Part shown: positions 47,075 to 56,997 of the stretch, piece after piece
Numbering within the stretch: the stretch's first letter is position 1
Layout of the letters: the number at the start of each line of letters is the position of its first letter
Assembly: GCA_963731025.1 (NCBI GenBank)
Contig: CAVSVL010000042.1
Span: forward strand, 9,576-73,575
Direction of reading: 5' to 3'
DNA from: an uncultured delta proteobacterium
Lineage (GTDB): Bacteria; Desulfobacterota; Desulfobacteria; Desulfobacterales; UBA11574
Length of the DNA: 64,000 nucleotides
Program-made: the position numbers and the translations under genes
Notes under the pieces: generated by a model
What the model saw: the letters and a program-made list of their open reading frames with translations, nothing else
The model's database searches: none
What the model was told of the DNA's origin: nothing

Positions 47075-47554
47075 CTATTTTCCAACAGCTTCCTTCATAC
47101 TGTCAAAATGCTGGGTTGCTGATTGGAATATGATGAAATCGAAAAGCTGCCCGGCTGTCACTTCGCCTCCGAAAGCGGGCATGTTGCCTTTACAGTCGAG
47201 TTCGTCATCGGTCAACCCCGCAGTGAATGCGGCCAGTTCAACGCTATTTTTTCGTAGCAATTCCAAGGCGTCGGCCTTGGTGCAATCCGCATGCTTGCGA
47301 GAATCCTTTTCGGACATCGCATTGATCTGATCCATGCTCAAAGGTGGCAGATCTTCACCTCTAACAATCATTTCTGCCATTTTTGATATTGCAAAATGCG
47401 CGGCTCCAATGTGACGCGCAGTGACACCCACGGTCCAATCTTCCAAGTTGCAGACTTTGTTCCAGTCACTTCTGTTTATACTTTCCACAAATGTGATCAC
47501 TTCGTCGGCAAATGATTTTATTCGTTTGGATATATCTTTAGCTCGCTGGCTCAT
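47075..47554 (-). CDS. DinB-family (four-helix-bundle metalloprotein) protein
   Basis: 159 aa. DinB_2-like pattern (W.V..TARHIGAAH near the N-terminus, H-containing C-terminal helix ATQHFDSM). Confidence 0.75.
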   Translation of the reverse strand: MSQRAKDISKRIKSFADEVITFVESINRSDWNKVCNLEDWTVGVTARHIGAAHFAISKMAEMIVRGEDLPPLSMDQINAMSEKDSRKHADCTKADALELLRKNSVELAAFTAGLTDDELDCKGNMPAFGGEVTAGQLFDFIIFQSATQHFDSMKEAVGK

Positions 47555-47801
47555 GTTTTTTTCCTTTTTTTTTAAGTCTATCTTAAAAATAGAATTTAGT
47601 ATTTCTGGTTATTCTACTTATCTATTATCCCCTTAAGAACATATACTTGTAAAATGCTACAGTGTAGTGGTTTGTCAAGATTATATCTCCAACAAACCAC
47701 CGCAATTAATCCTTATAATTTGGATAAGAAGTCCCATTCCCCCTTGATTCCCGTCTTATTGGCATTAGATTATAAATTAATGTAACATACTGAAAAATTA
47801 T

Positions 47802-47935
47802 AATTAGTGTTCATCCACGAAGTGTAATGTACCCAATTAAGTGTCCAATTCAGAAATGAGCAATTTCTGCCCTGATCAAACCCGCGGAGAACGCAGAGCA
47901 AGGCAAAAAAAGCCATTTATGGATGGAGCTAATTA
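47802..47935. repeat. R4 element copy a (MITE-like, about 134 bp)
   Basis: Termini TAATTAGTGTTCATCCA / TGGATGGAGCTAATTA. The interior in reverse complement aligns with the interior of 49163..49320 (TAAATGG.CTTTTT.GCC...CTCTGCGTT..). Confidence 0.6.
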
Positions 47936-47955
47936 GCCAAAAAAAGGAGTTCACC

Positions 47956-48834
47956 ATGATTGCCATAACAGGAGCTAGTGGAAATATCGGAAGCAAGATC
48001 ACGGCCGATCTTCTGGCAAAGGGACAAAAAGTCAGGTGTATTGCCAGAACAGCGGAAAATCTTAAAAACCTGTCTGCCAAGGGCGCTGAGATTACAGCCA
48101 TTTCTCTGGACGATACGGCTGCTTTGACAAGAGCCTTTACAGGTGTTGAGGCTGCCTTCACCATGATACCGTCAGACTACCAGGCCCCGGATTTTATAGG
48201 CTTTCAGAACACTATCGGGGAATCCATCGCTGAGGCCGTCGAAACTTCCGGCGTAAAATACATCGTTAATCTGAGTAGCCAGGGCGCTCATCTTCCAGAC
48301 AAGACAGGGCCGATCAAAGGACTGCACCACCAGGAAGAGCGACTGAACAAACTAAAGGGGGTCAACATCCTGCACTTGCGGCCCACCTACTTTATGGAAA
48401 ACCTGCTGGAGACCATCGACATGATCAAACAAATGGACATCATGGGTTCGGCACTTCGCGGGGATATGGAGATGCCCATGATTGCGACTCGGGACATTGC
48501 AGGGTTCGCAGCGGATCGTTTACTTAAAAGAGACTTTTCCGGGACGTCGGCGAAAGATCTTCTCGGTCAAAGAGACCTTTTGCTGAACGAGGCTGCTGAA
48601 ATTATCGGCAAAAAGATCGACAAACCAGATCTAAAATATGTTCAATTTTCTTACCAAGATACTGAAAAAGCGCTGGTGGATATGGGTTTCAGCCCTGATG
48701 TGGCAGGACTTTTCATCGAAATGAGCAAGGCGATCAACGAGAAGCTGGTCAATGTGCCCCGCACACCGGAAAATACGACCAAGACGACCTTTGAAGAATT
48801 CGCCGTGATGTTTGCCAAGATCTTTTTTGCTTAA
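47956..48834 (+). CDS. NmrA-family NAD(P)-binding protein
   Basis: 292 aa from ATG 47956 (AAAGGAG upstream). MIAITGASGNIGSKI Rossmann motif. The longer track start lies inside R4 copy a. Confidence 0.85.
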   Translation: MIAITGASGNIGSKITADLLAKGQKVRCIARTAENLKNLSAKGAEITAISLDDTAALTRAFTGVEAAFTMIPSDYQAPDFIGFQNTIGESIAEAVETSGVKYIVNLSSQGAHLPDKTGPIKGLHHQEERLNKLKGVNILHLRPTYFMENLLETIDMIKQMDIMGSALRGDMEMPMIATRDIAGFAADRLLKRDFSGTSAKDLLGQRDLLLNEAAEIIGKKIDKPDLKYVQFSYQDTEKALVDMGFSPDVAGLFIEMSKAINEKLVNVPRTPENTTKTTFEEFAVMFAKIFFA

Positions 48835-49162
48835 AAGGTCCTTTTTGACCCCAAATGCGAGGAGAATAAGAACCCCTGCGTCTCATCAGACAGGGTTTGT
48901 TTTGTAATTCAGGACGCAATTTTGTTTTGATGGCCTTCTCTACCTGCTCGTTCCAAAAACCTGCATTTAAACGCATACAGTTTGAATATATAACGTTTGA
49001 TTTTTTGGACGGCATACAGGCTGAAAATATTTATGAGTTGGTTGATATTCCCTGACCTAAACCTTTGCGATTTACAACCATTGTGGCATTAATGATTATC
49101 TTCATTTTTTGTTTTGTTGGACTTGTCTGATTTAGACGGAAATATAAGGAACAATCAACCGA

Positions 49163-49320
49163 CACTAACTAGTGTCCATCCATAAATGGTCTTTTTGCCC
49201 AATCTCTGCGTTATGCTCAAAAAATAATCCTCGGAATATTACACATATGCCTGCGGTTATTTTTTTCGCATGCCTTGATCTTGAACAAAAATCCTCATTT
49301 ATGGATGGACACTAACTAAG
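49163..49320. repeat. R4 element copy b (MITE-like, about 158 bp)
   Basis: Perfect 19-bp terminal inverted repeat TAGTGTCCATCCATAAATG (49170..49188 versus 49296..49314). The interior is self-complementary. Confidence 0.7.
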
Positions 49321-49780
49321 GGTGGGGTCATTTGACTTTGCCTTTTTTATTATCGGAACTTTGAATAACTGCTAACAAGTTTTTGAGAGCCTAAAATTTT
49401 TGTGATATCGTATTTAAACAGCGGCAGATTCTTTTTCGGGGATTTTCATTTTTTGCAATTTTGTAAGAAATAGGATATATATACTGGGAATCGAGATGCT
49501 TGAACCTGCCATTATGGTTAGGTATCTGAAATTTGAAGACCTCACATTTTACAACACTTCTATATATCATTAACCTTACATGGTAAACAGAGCTATATAA
49601 TCACTGGTTAAGGGAGGTTAAATAATATGAAGTGTCAGTACCTTCACCTTGAACAGGATAAGGTTGGGGAAATCTGAAAATTGTGTAAAACAGAAGAATT
49701 TCGAAACATTAAACTATTTTTTGAATTAAATACATTATGATCGTTCTCGGTTTTGCTTATGATCAATTCGGGAAGGCGTC

Positions 49781-51010
49781 ATGTCGTTAATAGCCTGCCA
49801 CGAGTGTGATTTAATTCATCGGGTTGGCCCTGTGCGCGAAGGAAGCGCAGCCAGGTGTTCCCGGTGCGGCGCGCTGTTGTATCAGCACAAACGCGATAGT
49901 TTGGAGCGTACGCTGGCATTGACGGTGGCGGGGCTTATCCTGTTTGTGGTGGCGAACGCCTTTCCTTTTTTAGGCTTCAAACTCCAGACCCAGGCCCGCG
50001 AGATCATATTGATTACCGGCGTCCAGGAGCTTTATCATCAGGGAATGTGGATCCTGGCAACCGTGGTGCTGTTGACGACCATTATCATGCCTGCGGCACA
50101 GATGATGGGGTTGCTGTATGTTCTGGTACCGCTCAGGCTGAACCGGATCCCCTGGAAATTAAAAGAAGTGTTTCGGTTCATCCAATCCCTGCGACCATGG
50201 GCCATGATGGAAGTATTCATGCTGGGTATTCTGGTTTCCATTGCAAAACTGTCCAAAATGGCAACGATCGTACCGGGTATCGCGGTTTTTGCATTCATGG
50301 CCTTGATCTTTATTTTGGCCGCGTCCCTGGCGGTATTGGATCCGCATGCGGTGTGGGAAAGAATAAAAATTCAAGAGAGTACCCGAGACATCCCCGTTGC
50401 ACGGGCCAACCTGATCGGCTGTCATACCTGCCATCTCCTGTGCCGTTTACCTTCCCACGGAGGTCATGGATTGACCTGTCCGCGATGCGGCACGCACCTG
50501 CACCGGCGCAAGCCCAACAGCATTGCACGGACCTGGGCACTGATCCTGGCAGCCGTAATATTTTATGTTCCGGCCAACGTGTTGCCGATCACCATTGTCA
50601 CCTCTTTGGGGAAAAAGCAGACCGATACCATCATTAGCGGAGCCATGTATTTTATTTCTTCGGGCATGTGGCCCATTGCGCTGGTCATCTTCGTGGCCAG
50701 TGTCTTTGTGCCATTAATAAAGCTTTTGACTCTCAGTTATTTGTCTTTTTCGGTCCAGCGCAAATCAACATGGCGACCCGTGGATCGCACCAAACTGTAT
50801 CGAATGACCGAGGTTGTGGGCCGCTGGTCCATGGTGGATGTGTATGTGGTGACCATTTTGGTTGCCCTGGTGAAGTTAGGCGCCCTGGCAACCATCGAAG
50901 CCGGTCCGGCGGCAGTCTATTTCTGCGCGTTAGTGATCATTACCATGTTCGCAGCCATGAGTTTTGATCCCAGACTCATATGGGACCAAACGGAGGATAA
51001 AAATGAATGA
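49781..51010 (+). CDS. pqiA: paraquat-inducible protein A (two PqiA domains)
   Basis: 409 aa. Duplicated CHxC...CxRCG zinc-ribbon plus 4-TM modules (CHECD..CSRCG and CHTCH..CPRCG). Confidence 0.9.
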   Translation: MSLIACHECDLIHRVGPVREGSAARCSRCGALLYQHKRDSLERTLALTVAGLILFVVANAFPFLGFKLQTQAREIILITGVQELYHQGMWILATVVLLTTIIMPAAQMMGLLYVLVPLRLNRIPWKLKEVFRFIQSLRPWAMMEVFMLGILVSIAKLSKMATIVPGIAVFAFMALIFILAASLAVLDPHAVWERIKIQESTRDIPVARANLIGCHTCHLLCRLPSHGGHGLTCPRCGTHLHRRKPNSIARTWALILAAVIFYVPANVLPITIVTSLGKKQTDTIISGAMYFISSGMWPIALVIFVASVFVPLIKLLTLSYLSFSVQRKSTWRPVDRTKLYRMTEVVGRWSMVDVYVVTILVALVKLGALATIEAGPAAVYFCALVIITMFAAMSFDPRLIWDQTEDKNE

Positions 51011-52622
51011 ACAGCCAAGGGGTGAAACCACCTCCTCGGGAGCAACCCGGGCCGTTGTCAAACCCAAAATAAGTGTTTCCATTATCTGGATCGTGCCTTT
51101 GGTCGCCCTTTTGATCGGCGGCTGGCTGGCATACAAGGCCGTAACCGAAAAGGGCCCCACCATCACCATTACCTTCAAAAGCGCCAAAGGGCTGGAAGCT
51201 GGCAAAACCAAAATCAAATTCAAAGACGTGGAAGTGGGTAAAGTGGAGAAGATCCGTCTCGGATCGGACCTGTCTCAAGTCATGGTAACGGCCCAGTTGA
51301 TGAAACAGGCCAAAGATTATTTGTCGGAAAACACCCGCTTTTGGGTGGTACGAGCCCGGGTGGCCGGCGGCGGAGTTTCCGGTCTCGGCACCCTTTTTTC
51401 CGGAGCTTACATCGGCATGGATCCGGGAAAACCCGGCAAAACTGTCCGGTCCTTCAAGGGGCTGGAGACACCGCCTATCGTAACCACGGGTCTGCCCGGT
51501 CGCCATTTCATTCTCAAGGCAGAAAGACTGGGTTCCCTGGATGTCGGAAAGCCCGTCTATTTCCGGCAGATCCAGGTGGGCCAGGTTGTGGCATACGAAC
51601 TGGAAAAAGACGGACAAGCCATTGATATCAACATCTTTATTAATGCCCCACATCATGAGCGCGTGCATAACAATACGCGGTTCTGGAATGCGGGAGGGCT
51701 GGACGTATCCCTTGATGCCAACGGAATCAAAGTGAACACGGAATCCTTTGTGGCCCTGATGATCGGAGGGATTGCCTTTGATACCCCCATGGATTCGGAA
51801 CCCGGTCCGGTCGCCCAAGAGGGTGGGATCTTTCGGCTGTACGATAGACGGGAGGATATCTACAAGAAAACTTATGTGGAAAAGACCCGCTGGCTGTTGC
51901 ACTTCCAAGGTTCGGTAGGAGGCCTTTCCGTGGGCGCGCCGGTGAAATTCAAAGGCATCAAGATTGGAGAGGTTATTAATCTAAAATTGGAATTTGACTA
52001 TGATGCCATGGCCTTTCGAATACCTGTTGTAATTGAGATAGAACCGGAGCGGATTGCAATAACCGGCAGGCAAGCCATTGAAAGACTGCGTGGGAACGAG
52101 ATTCTTGTGGAAAAAGGCCTCCGGGCGCAACTCAAGCAGGAAAATCTCCTGACCGGACAACTTTACATTGATCTGGACATGTATCCGGATGAATCGCCCC
52201 GGAAGATCGTATACGGCGGGAAATATCTGGAAATACCAACTATTCCGACCTCCAGAGAAGAGATCACCAGAGGCATAACTAAAATTGTGGACAAGCTGGA
52301 AAAACTTCCCCTGGAACAGATCGGCAAAGACCTCCGAGAGACCCTGACGCACTTGAATAAGTCCGCCGAACAGTTGGTCAAGATCATGCATAATCTGGAC
52401 GAAACGGTTGCCCCTGCGGCCACCGCAACGTTAGAGCGATCTCAAACCACCTTGATTAAGTTGGACAGACTGTTGAGTGCCGAGTCTCCCACGGGTCACG
52501 AATTGAAACGTGCGCTGGCAGAGCTGGCCGACGCAGCCCGGAATATCAGCGTACTGGCTGATTATCTGGGACGACATCCCGAGTCCCTGGTTTTTGGAAA
52601 GGAAAAGCGCAATGAAAAATAG
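51003..52622 (+). CDS. pqiB: PqiB-like MCE/MlaD-domain intermembrane transport protein
   Basis: 539 aa from ATG 51003 (GGAGGA upstream, overlaps the pqiA stop). N-terminal TM anchor, three MCE repeats (ITFKSAKGLEAGKTKIKFKDVEVGKV etc.), C-terminal coiled coil. Confidence 0.9.
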   Translation: MNEQPRGETTSSGATRAVVKPKISVSIIWIVPLVALLIGGWLAYKAVTEKGPTITITFKSAKGLEAGKTKIKFKDVEVGKVEKIRLGSDLSQVMVTAQLMKQAKDYLSENTRFWVVRARVAGGGVSGLGTLFSGAYIGMDPGKPGKTVRSFKGLETPPIVTTGLPGRHFILKAERLGSLDVGKPVYFRQIQVGQVVAYELEKDGQAIDINIFINAPHHERVHNNTRFWNAGGLDVSLDANGIKVNTESFVALMIGGIAFDTPMDSEPGPVAQEGGIFRLYDRREDIYKKTYVEKTRWLLHFQGSVGGLSVGAPVKFKGIKIGEVINLKLEFDYDAMAFRIPVVIEIEPERIAITGRQAIERLRGNEILVEKGLRAQLKQENLLTGQLYIDLDMYPDESPRKIVYGGKYLEIPTIPTSREEITRGITKIVDKLEKLPLEQIGKDLRETLTHLNKSAEQLVKIMHNLDETVAPAATATLERSQTTLIKLDRLLSAESPTGHELKRALAELADAARNISVLADYLGRHPESLVFGKEKRNEK

Positions 52623-53232
52623 AGCAGGTTTTGGAAACATCGGTCGGGTATTTTTCTTTATGGTATTTTTACTTGCTTCGTGCAGTACCACTCCTGCGGT
52701 GAGGTATTATACTCTGAATCCCTTTTTCGAGATGCAACCGGATAGTTCTCAAGCTGTTTCCGGGGATACCCTTGCCATCGGTGTGGGGCCGGTGGAATTT
52801 CCAAAATTTCTTGACCGGCCACAGATCGTGACCCGAAAAAGCCAAAACCGTGTAGAGGTGTCCGAGTTCCATCGATGGGCCGGCTCGTTTTCGGAAGATT
52901 TCTTACGAGTTTTGGCCAGGAACATTTCCATGCTTCTGCCCGCAGATCGGTTGGTCACATATCCCTGGACCGATCCGTTTTCCCCTGTTTATCGTATTCC
53001 GCTGACTGTGGAGCAATTTGACGGCCGGTTTGGTGGGAACGTTGTGTTAAACGTGACCTGGTCCGTATGGAATCAAAAAGACACGAATGAACCCGTGATG
53101 AAGAATACCCGTATTAGAGAGCCCGTATCCGCAGAAAACTATGACGCACTGGTTGCGGCCCAGAGCCGGGCTATAGGCACCCTCAGTCGCGCCATTGTTG
53201 ATGAAATAGAGAGAGTAAATCATAGGGACTGA
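52612..53232 (+). CDS. pqiC: PqiC/YmbA-like ABC-type transport auxiliary lipoprotein
   Basis: 206 aa from ATG 52612, overlapping the pqiB stop. Lipobox LLASC. Motifs YYTL..., FHRWA (DUF330-like). Confidence 0.8.
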   Translation: MKNRAGFGNIGRVFFFMVFLLASCSTTPAVRYYTLNPFFEMQPDSSQAVSGDTLAIGVGPVEFPKFLDRPQIVTRKSQNRVEVSEFHRWAGSFSEDFLRVLARNISMLLPADRLVTYPWTDPFSPVYRIPLTVEQFDGRFGGNVVLNVTWSVWNQKDTNEPVMKNTRIREPVSAENYDALVAAQSRAIGTLSRAIVDEIERVNHRD

Positions 53233-53301
53233 GGCTTTTCCGGTAGTAAAAACTGATCAGGGGTCAGTAGCGCAGTCTCCAAACACTGACAGTGGGAATT
53301 T

Positions 53302-53432
53302 GGGGTCGGGCCACGATAAGTATTTAGATATACTCTAAACTAGCCGTTTTTTGGACTTAAACGTACAATTTGGGGTATAAAATAACAGGTCTAAGGATTA
53401 TCTTAATAGAATATATTTTGCTTAAAAAGTCC
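53302..53432 (+). repeat. R1 repeat, left-hand part
   Basis: GGGGTCGGGCCACGATAAGTATTTAGATATAC.. aligns with the left ~130 bp of 44046..44281, with a short internal deletion. Confidence 0.7.
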
Positions 53433-53473
53433 TTCTAAAGATTCTCATGGATTTTCATGCAAAATTCAGGTGG

Positions 53474-54460
53474 CTAACGATTGACTGCTTTCATCGACCC
53501 CTCGGGGTAGCGCAAACCTTTAGCAGCGCCTAACGGTACGGCCTGATCGATTTGCGCCAGATCTTCTTTGCTGAGTTGTACTTGCAGGGCTTTGAGGTTA
53601 TCCTCCAGGTACTTAGTACGTTTGGTACCGGTAATCGGCACGATGTCTTCCCCCCGGGCCAGCAGCCAGGCCAGTGAAAGCTGGGCCAAAGTACACTGTT
53701 TGGCGGATGCGATCTCTTCGAGCCGTCGAATGATGCCCAGATTGAGCTTTAGGTTATCTGCCTGAAAACGGGGAGAATTGCGTCGCCAGTCACCTTCTTC
53801 CAAATCTTCGACCGATTTGATCCGGCCGGTTAAAAAACCGCGCCCCAACGGGCTGTAGGGTACAAACCCGATCCCCAATTCACGGCAGGTAGCCAAAATC
53901 TCGACCTCGACATCACGGGTCCACAGAGAATATTCGGTTTGCAAAGCGCTGATCGGATATACTGAATAGGCCCGTCGGATCGATTGAGGGGAAGCCTCCG
54001 ATAAACCGAGAAAACGCACTTTGCCTTGCTTGACCAGATCTGCCATAGCACCAACGGTTTCTTCGATGGGTGTATCGGGATCAACCCGATGCTGGTAGTA
54101 CAAATCAATGACATTCACGCCAAGGCGTTTCAAACTCGCATCGCACGCCTCTTTGACATAGGAAGGTTTTCCATTGACCCCCATGAAGCTTCCGTCCGTA
54201 CCACGCACATTGCCGAACTTGGTTGCCAGCACCACCTTGTCCCGCCGATCTTTGACGGCGCGGCCCACCAGTTCTTCATTGTGGCCCATGCCATACATAT
54301 CGGCCGTATCGAGAAAATTGATTCCCCAATCCAGCGCCTGGTGAATGGTGCGAATCGACTGTTCTTCGTTGGTCGAACCATAAAATTCCGACATCCCCAT
54401 GCATCCCAATCCAATGGCCGAGACGGTTGGGCCTTGTTTGCCTAATGTTCTGAAATTCAT
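53474..54460 (-). CDS. aldo/keto reductase
   Basis: 328 aa. AKR motifs [17 protein letters not shown], catalytic-tetrad context (D..Y..K..H), LGLSEAS. Confidence 0.9.
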   Translation of the reverse strand: MNFRTLGKQGPTVSAIGLGCMGMSEFYGSTNEEQSIRTIHQALDWGINFLDTADMYGMGHNEELVGRAVKDRRDKVVLATKFGNVRGTDGSFMGVNGKPSYVKEACDASLKRLGVNVIDLYYQHRVDPDTPIEETVGAMADLVKQGKVRFLGLSEASPQSIRRAYSVYPISALQTEYSLWTRDVEVEILATCRELGIGFVPYSPLGRGFLTGRIKSVEDLEEGDWRRNSPRFQADNLKLNLGIIRRLEEIASAKQCTLAQLSLAWLLARGEDIVPITGTKRTKYLEDNLKALQVQLSKEDLAQIDQAVPLGAAKGLRYPEGSMKAVNR

Positions 54461-54497
54461 GATATACCTCCTTTTTCAAATCAGATAATTTCCTATC

Positions 54498-55304
54498 TCA
54501 ATTGAGGTTGTAGGCTGGACGTGTTCCCTTCTGCTCGTAGTAGGGCATCATTTGAGGTATGAGGGAAGCGAGGTTTTTTTCGCGGTTTCCCGGTGCCGGA
54601 TGGGTGCTGAGAAATTCGGGAGGACCTTTACCACCGACTTTGGCCATCTTTTGCCATAAAGTGACAGCGGCGCGCGGATTGTAACCTGCTTTGGCTGCCA
54701 ACTCGATGCCGATACGATCCGCCTCAGACTCTGCAGCCCGGCTGTTTGGCATTTGGACTGCCAAAGCGGCGGCCAGCGACGCACCTGTCAGTGCCAATCC
54801 ATTGCTCTTCGTTGCGACGCCCACCGCCATCACACCGATCTGACTGGCCATGGCTACCGACATCTTTTCAGCCGAATGCTTGGCCAAAGCATGAGCGATC
54901 TCGTGGCCCAGGACCTGTGCCAGCTCGTCATCGGAGGGTTTGATTTTTTCTATCAGACCCGTATAAAGCGCCATTTTTCCACCTGCCATGGCCCATGCGT
55001 TGACTGTCTCGGGATCATCGATAATCTTGATGCTCCAATCCCAGTTTTTTGTCTCCGGACGCATTTTAATGGCCTGGGCAATCAAACGCCCGGTGATTTT
55101 ATAGACCCGATTCTTTAACACCGGATCGTTATCGATCTCGCCTTTCTCGGCATATGGCTTCAGCATTTCGGTGTATGCTGTCTTAGACGCGGCAATGGCC
55201 GAGTCTTCCGAAACGATCATCAGCTGACGCCTCCCCGTTATGCTGGTAGCACAGGCAGTGATTAGCAACGCGAAAAGCAGTATGATGCTGTAAAATTTTT
55301 TCAT
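54498..55304 (-). CDS. M48-family zinc metallopeptidase lipoprotein
   Basis: 268 aa. Lipobox LLITAC, HEIAH zinc motif, downstream E.EADR.G. Confidence 0.9.
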   Translation of the reverse strand: MKKFYSIILLFALLITACATSITGRRQLMIVSEDSAIAASKTAYTEMLKPYAEKGEIDNDPVLKNRVYKITGRLIAQAIKMRPETKNWDWSIKIIDDPETVNAWAMAGGKMALYTGLIEKIKPSDDELAQVLGHEIAHALAKHSAEKMSVAMASQIGVMAVGVATKSNGLALTGASLAAALAVQMPNSRAAESEADRIGIELAAKAGYNPRAAVTLWQKMAKVGGKGPPEFLSTHPAPGNREKNLASLIPQMMPYYEQKGTRPAYNLN

Positions 55305-55477
55305 TATCGTAATTTATCACTCGATCAATCTTATAACTTTACCGGCATTTGACGAATATCGGCAAAGAATAACGATCCTTATGGAATGTTGAGACCACTT
55401 TTATAAGAGAAATTATAAGCGTTTGAACTTGTGTGTCAAGTTAATTGGGCGTCAATCTTGAAAATGGGATTTGAAGG

Positions 55478-55545
55478 GAGAATGATATCAAATCTTGAAT
55501 AGTAAATTAAAATATTTTATGATGTTAGAAAATGCACAATAGTCC
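55478..55545 (+). repeat. R2 repeat, short degenerate copy c
   Basis: GAGAATGATATCAAATCTTGAATAGTAAATTAAAATATTTTA...AATGCACAAT matches the two ends of the first ~110 bp of R2, with an internal deletion. Confidence 0.5.
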
Positions 55546-55620
55546 GTACACAACTGCACAATTTTCTGTGCAGTCCATCTCGCGCCCGTTATTCATTTTT
55601 TTGTATAAGGAAACATTCAA

Positions 55621-56154
55621 ATGACAAAACCATTTCGGAAATATTTAATCGTTTTTGGACCTTTTTTGTTGATTTTCATGGTCGTTATTTTCGTAGATCG
55701 TTCACTCGCGAATATGTTTAGGTGGGTTGATGAAAATAGCATTTCACATTTTTCGGATGCGCCGCCTAATGATACGGGTAATTCAGATATTGAAACTTTA
55801 CCAACATATACAACACCGGAAAACAATGAATATACACAGAACAATAATTCAACAAAAAACGAAAGCATGGACAACAGCTTAAATCCTTCGGATACCGTTC
55901 AAAAAAAACCATCAGCAATAAAACCAAAAGTTGAGTTGTATACGACCAGCTGGTGTCCCTGGTGCAAGAAGGCCACAGCTTTTTTTCGATCCAGGGGAAT
56001 TGCATTTGTTGAATACGATATTGAAAAAGACAAAGAAGCTGCACGCCGAAAAGCGCGACTTGACCACCAACAAGGCGTGCCTTTTGCTGTAATAAACGGG
56101 AGAGGTGTCAACGGCTATAATGAAACAGCGTACATTAATGCATTAAAACAATAG
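55621..56154 (+). CDS. DUF4124-like N-terminal domain fused to a glutaredoxin-like domain
   Basis: 177 aa. TM/signal segment, WVDENSISHFSDAPP (DUF4124 pattern), low-complexity linker, then VELYTTSWCPWCKKA..FVEYDIEKD (CPWC glutaredoxin fold). Confidence 0.75.
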   Translation: MTKPFRKYLIVFGPFLLIFMVVIFVDRSLANMFRWVDENSISHFSDAPPNDTGNSDIETLPTYTTPENNEYTQNNNSTKNESMDNSLNPSDTVQKKPSAIKPKVELYTTSWCPWCKKATAFFRSRGIAFVEYDIEKDKEAARRKARLDHQQGVPFAVINGRGVNGYNETAYINALKQ

Positions 56155-56314
56155 TATGATCCGAAAGACTGTCGTCAAAACCTGAATTGTGAATGAAAAC
56201 CACATAGATTTGACTTGCTCCAATAGTTTGGATATCTTCAACCAAATCGGCAATATTAATGTTTTCAAACACCTGGGATAATCATAACATATTCAAATTT
56301 TAGCTAATCTTGAT

Positions 56315-56962
56315 ATGAAACTAAGATACAAGCCTCATACTCCCCGGCTGAAAATCGTGGACCTCTATATTAGGGAGTTATTTAGAGATGAGTTGCCAGA
56401 AGGTATTAAATATCATGATGCCAATCATACACTTCATCCTACCAAAGGCGTCGTTGCTTCTGCCAACAGAATTGCAATATCTGAGAATGTCTCCGAACGT
56501 GATAGAGAATTGTTAATTACCGCAGCCTATTTTCATGACACGGGTTTCATTATAAAATATGATAAAAATGAGCCGATTGCAGCACGAATGGCAGGCAGAA
56601 TCCTTAAATTGATCGGTTATAAGCCAAACGAAGTTGTAAAGGTTCAAAATATGATACTGGCAACTGATCTTGAGCGTGAACCGAAAACCCATGTTGAAAA
56701 GATCCTTTGTGATGCCGATCTCGACCACCTCGGCAGAGAAGATTTTTTCAAATTGGATGGGAAATTAAGAGAAGGATGGGGTGCAAAAGGAATAGATGTC
56801 AATGATGAAGCAAAATGGTACAAAGGCACCCTCGAATTTATAAAAAACCACCAATATTATACTGAATCTCAGAAAAAACTGAGAGACAAAGGAAAGCAAA
56901 AAAACATCAGGCGTCTTTTAAAAAAATTGGAAAATATCGAAAAAGAGAGACTAAAAAGATAA
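56315..56962 (+). CDS. HD-domain phosphohydrolase (paralog 2)
   Basis: 215 aa. Collinear with 13645..14358 over about 205 residues (most positions identical), including ITAAYFHDTGF and DADLDHLG. Similarity extends about 30 nt upstream of the ATG. Confidence 0.85.
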   Translation: MKLRYKPHTPRLKIVDLYIRELFRDELPEGIKYHDANHTLHPTKGVVASANRIAISENVSERDRELLITAAYFHDTGFIIKYDKNEPIAARMAGRILKLIGYKPNEVVKVQNMILATDLEREPKTHVEKILCDADLDHLGREDFFKLDGKLREGWGAKGIDVNDEAKWYKGTLEFIKNHQYYTESQKKLRDKGKQKNIRRLLKKLENIEKERLKR

Positions 56963-56997
56963 TTCTTATATTTTTATATAGATAAAGGAGTTACAAC

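Noticed and set aside
35794-53432. R1 copies as integron attC sites delimiting gene cassettes.
   Set aside because: There is no GTTRRRY/RYYYAAC core, no integrase or attI in the window, and the flanked genes have mixed orientations. A MITE-like element fits better.
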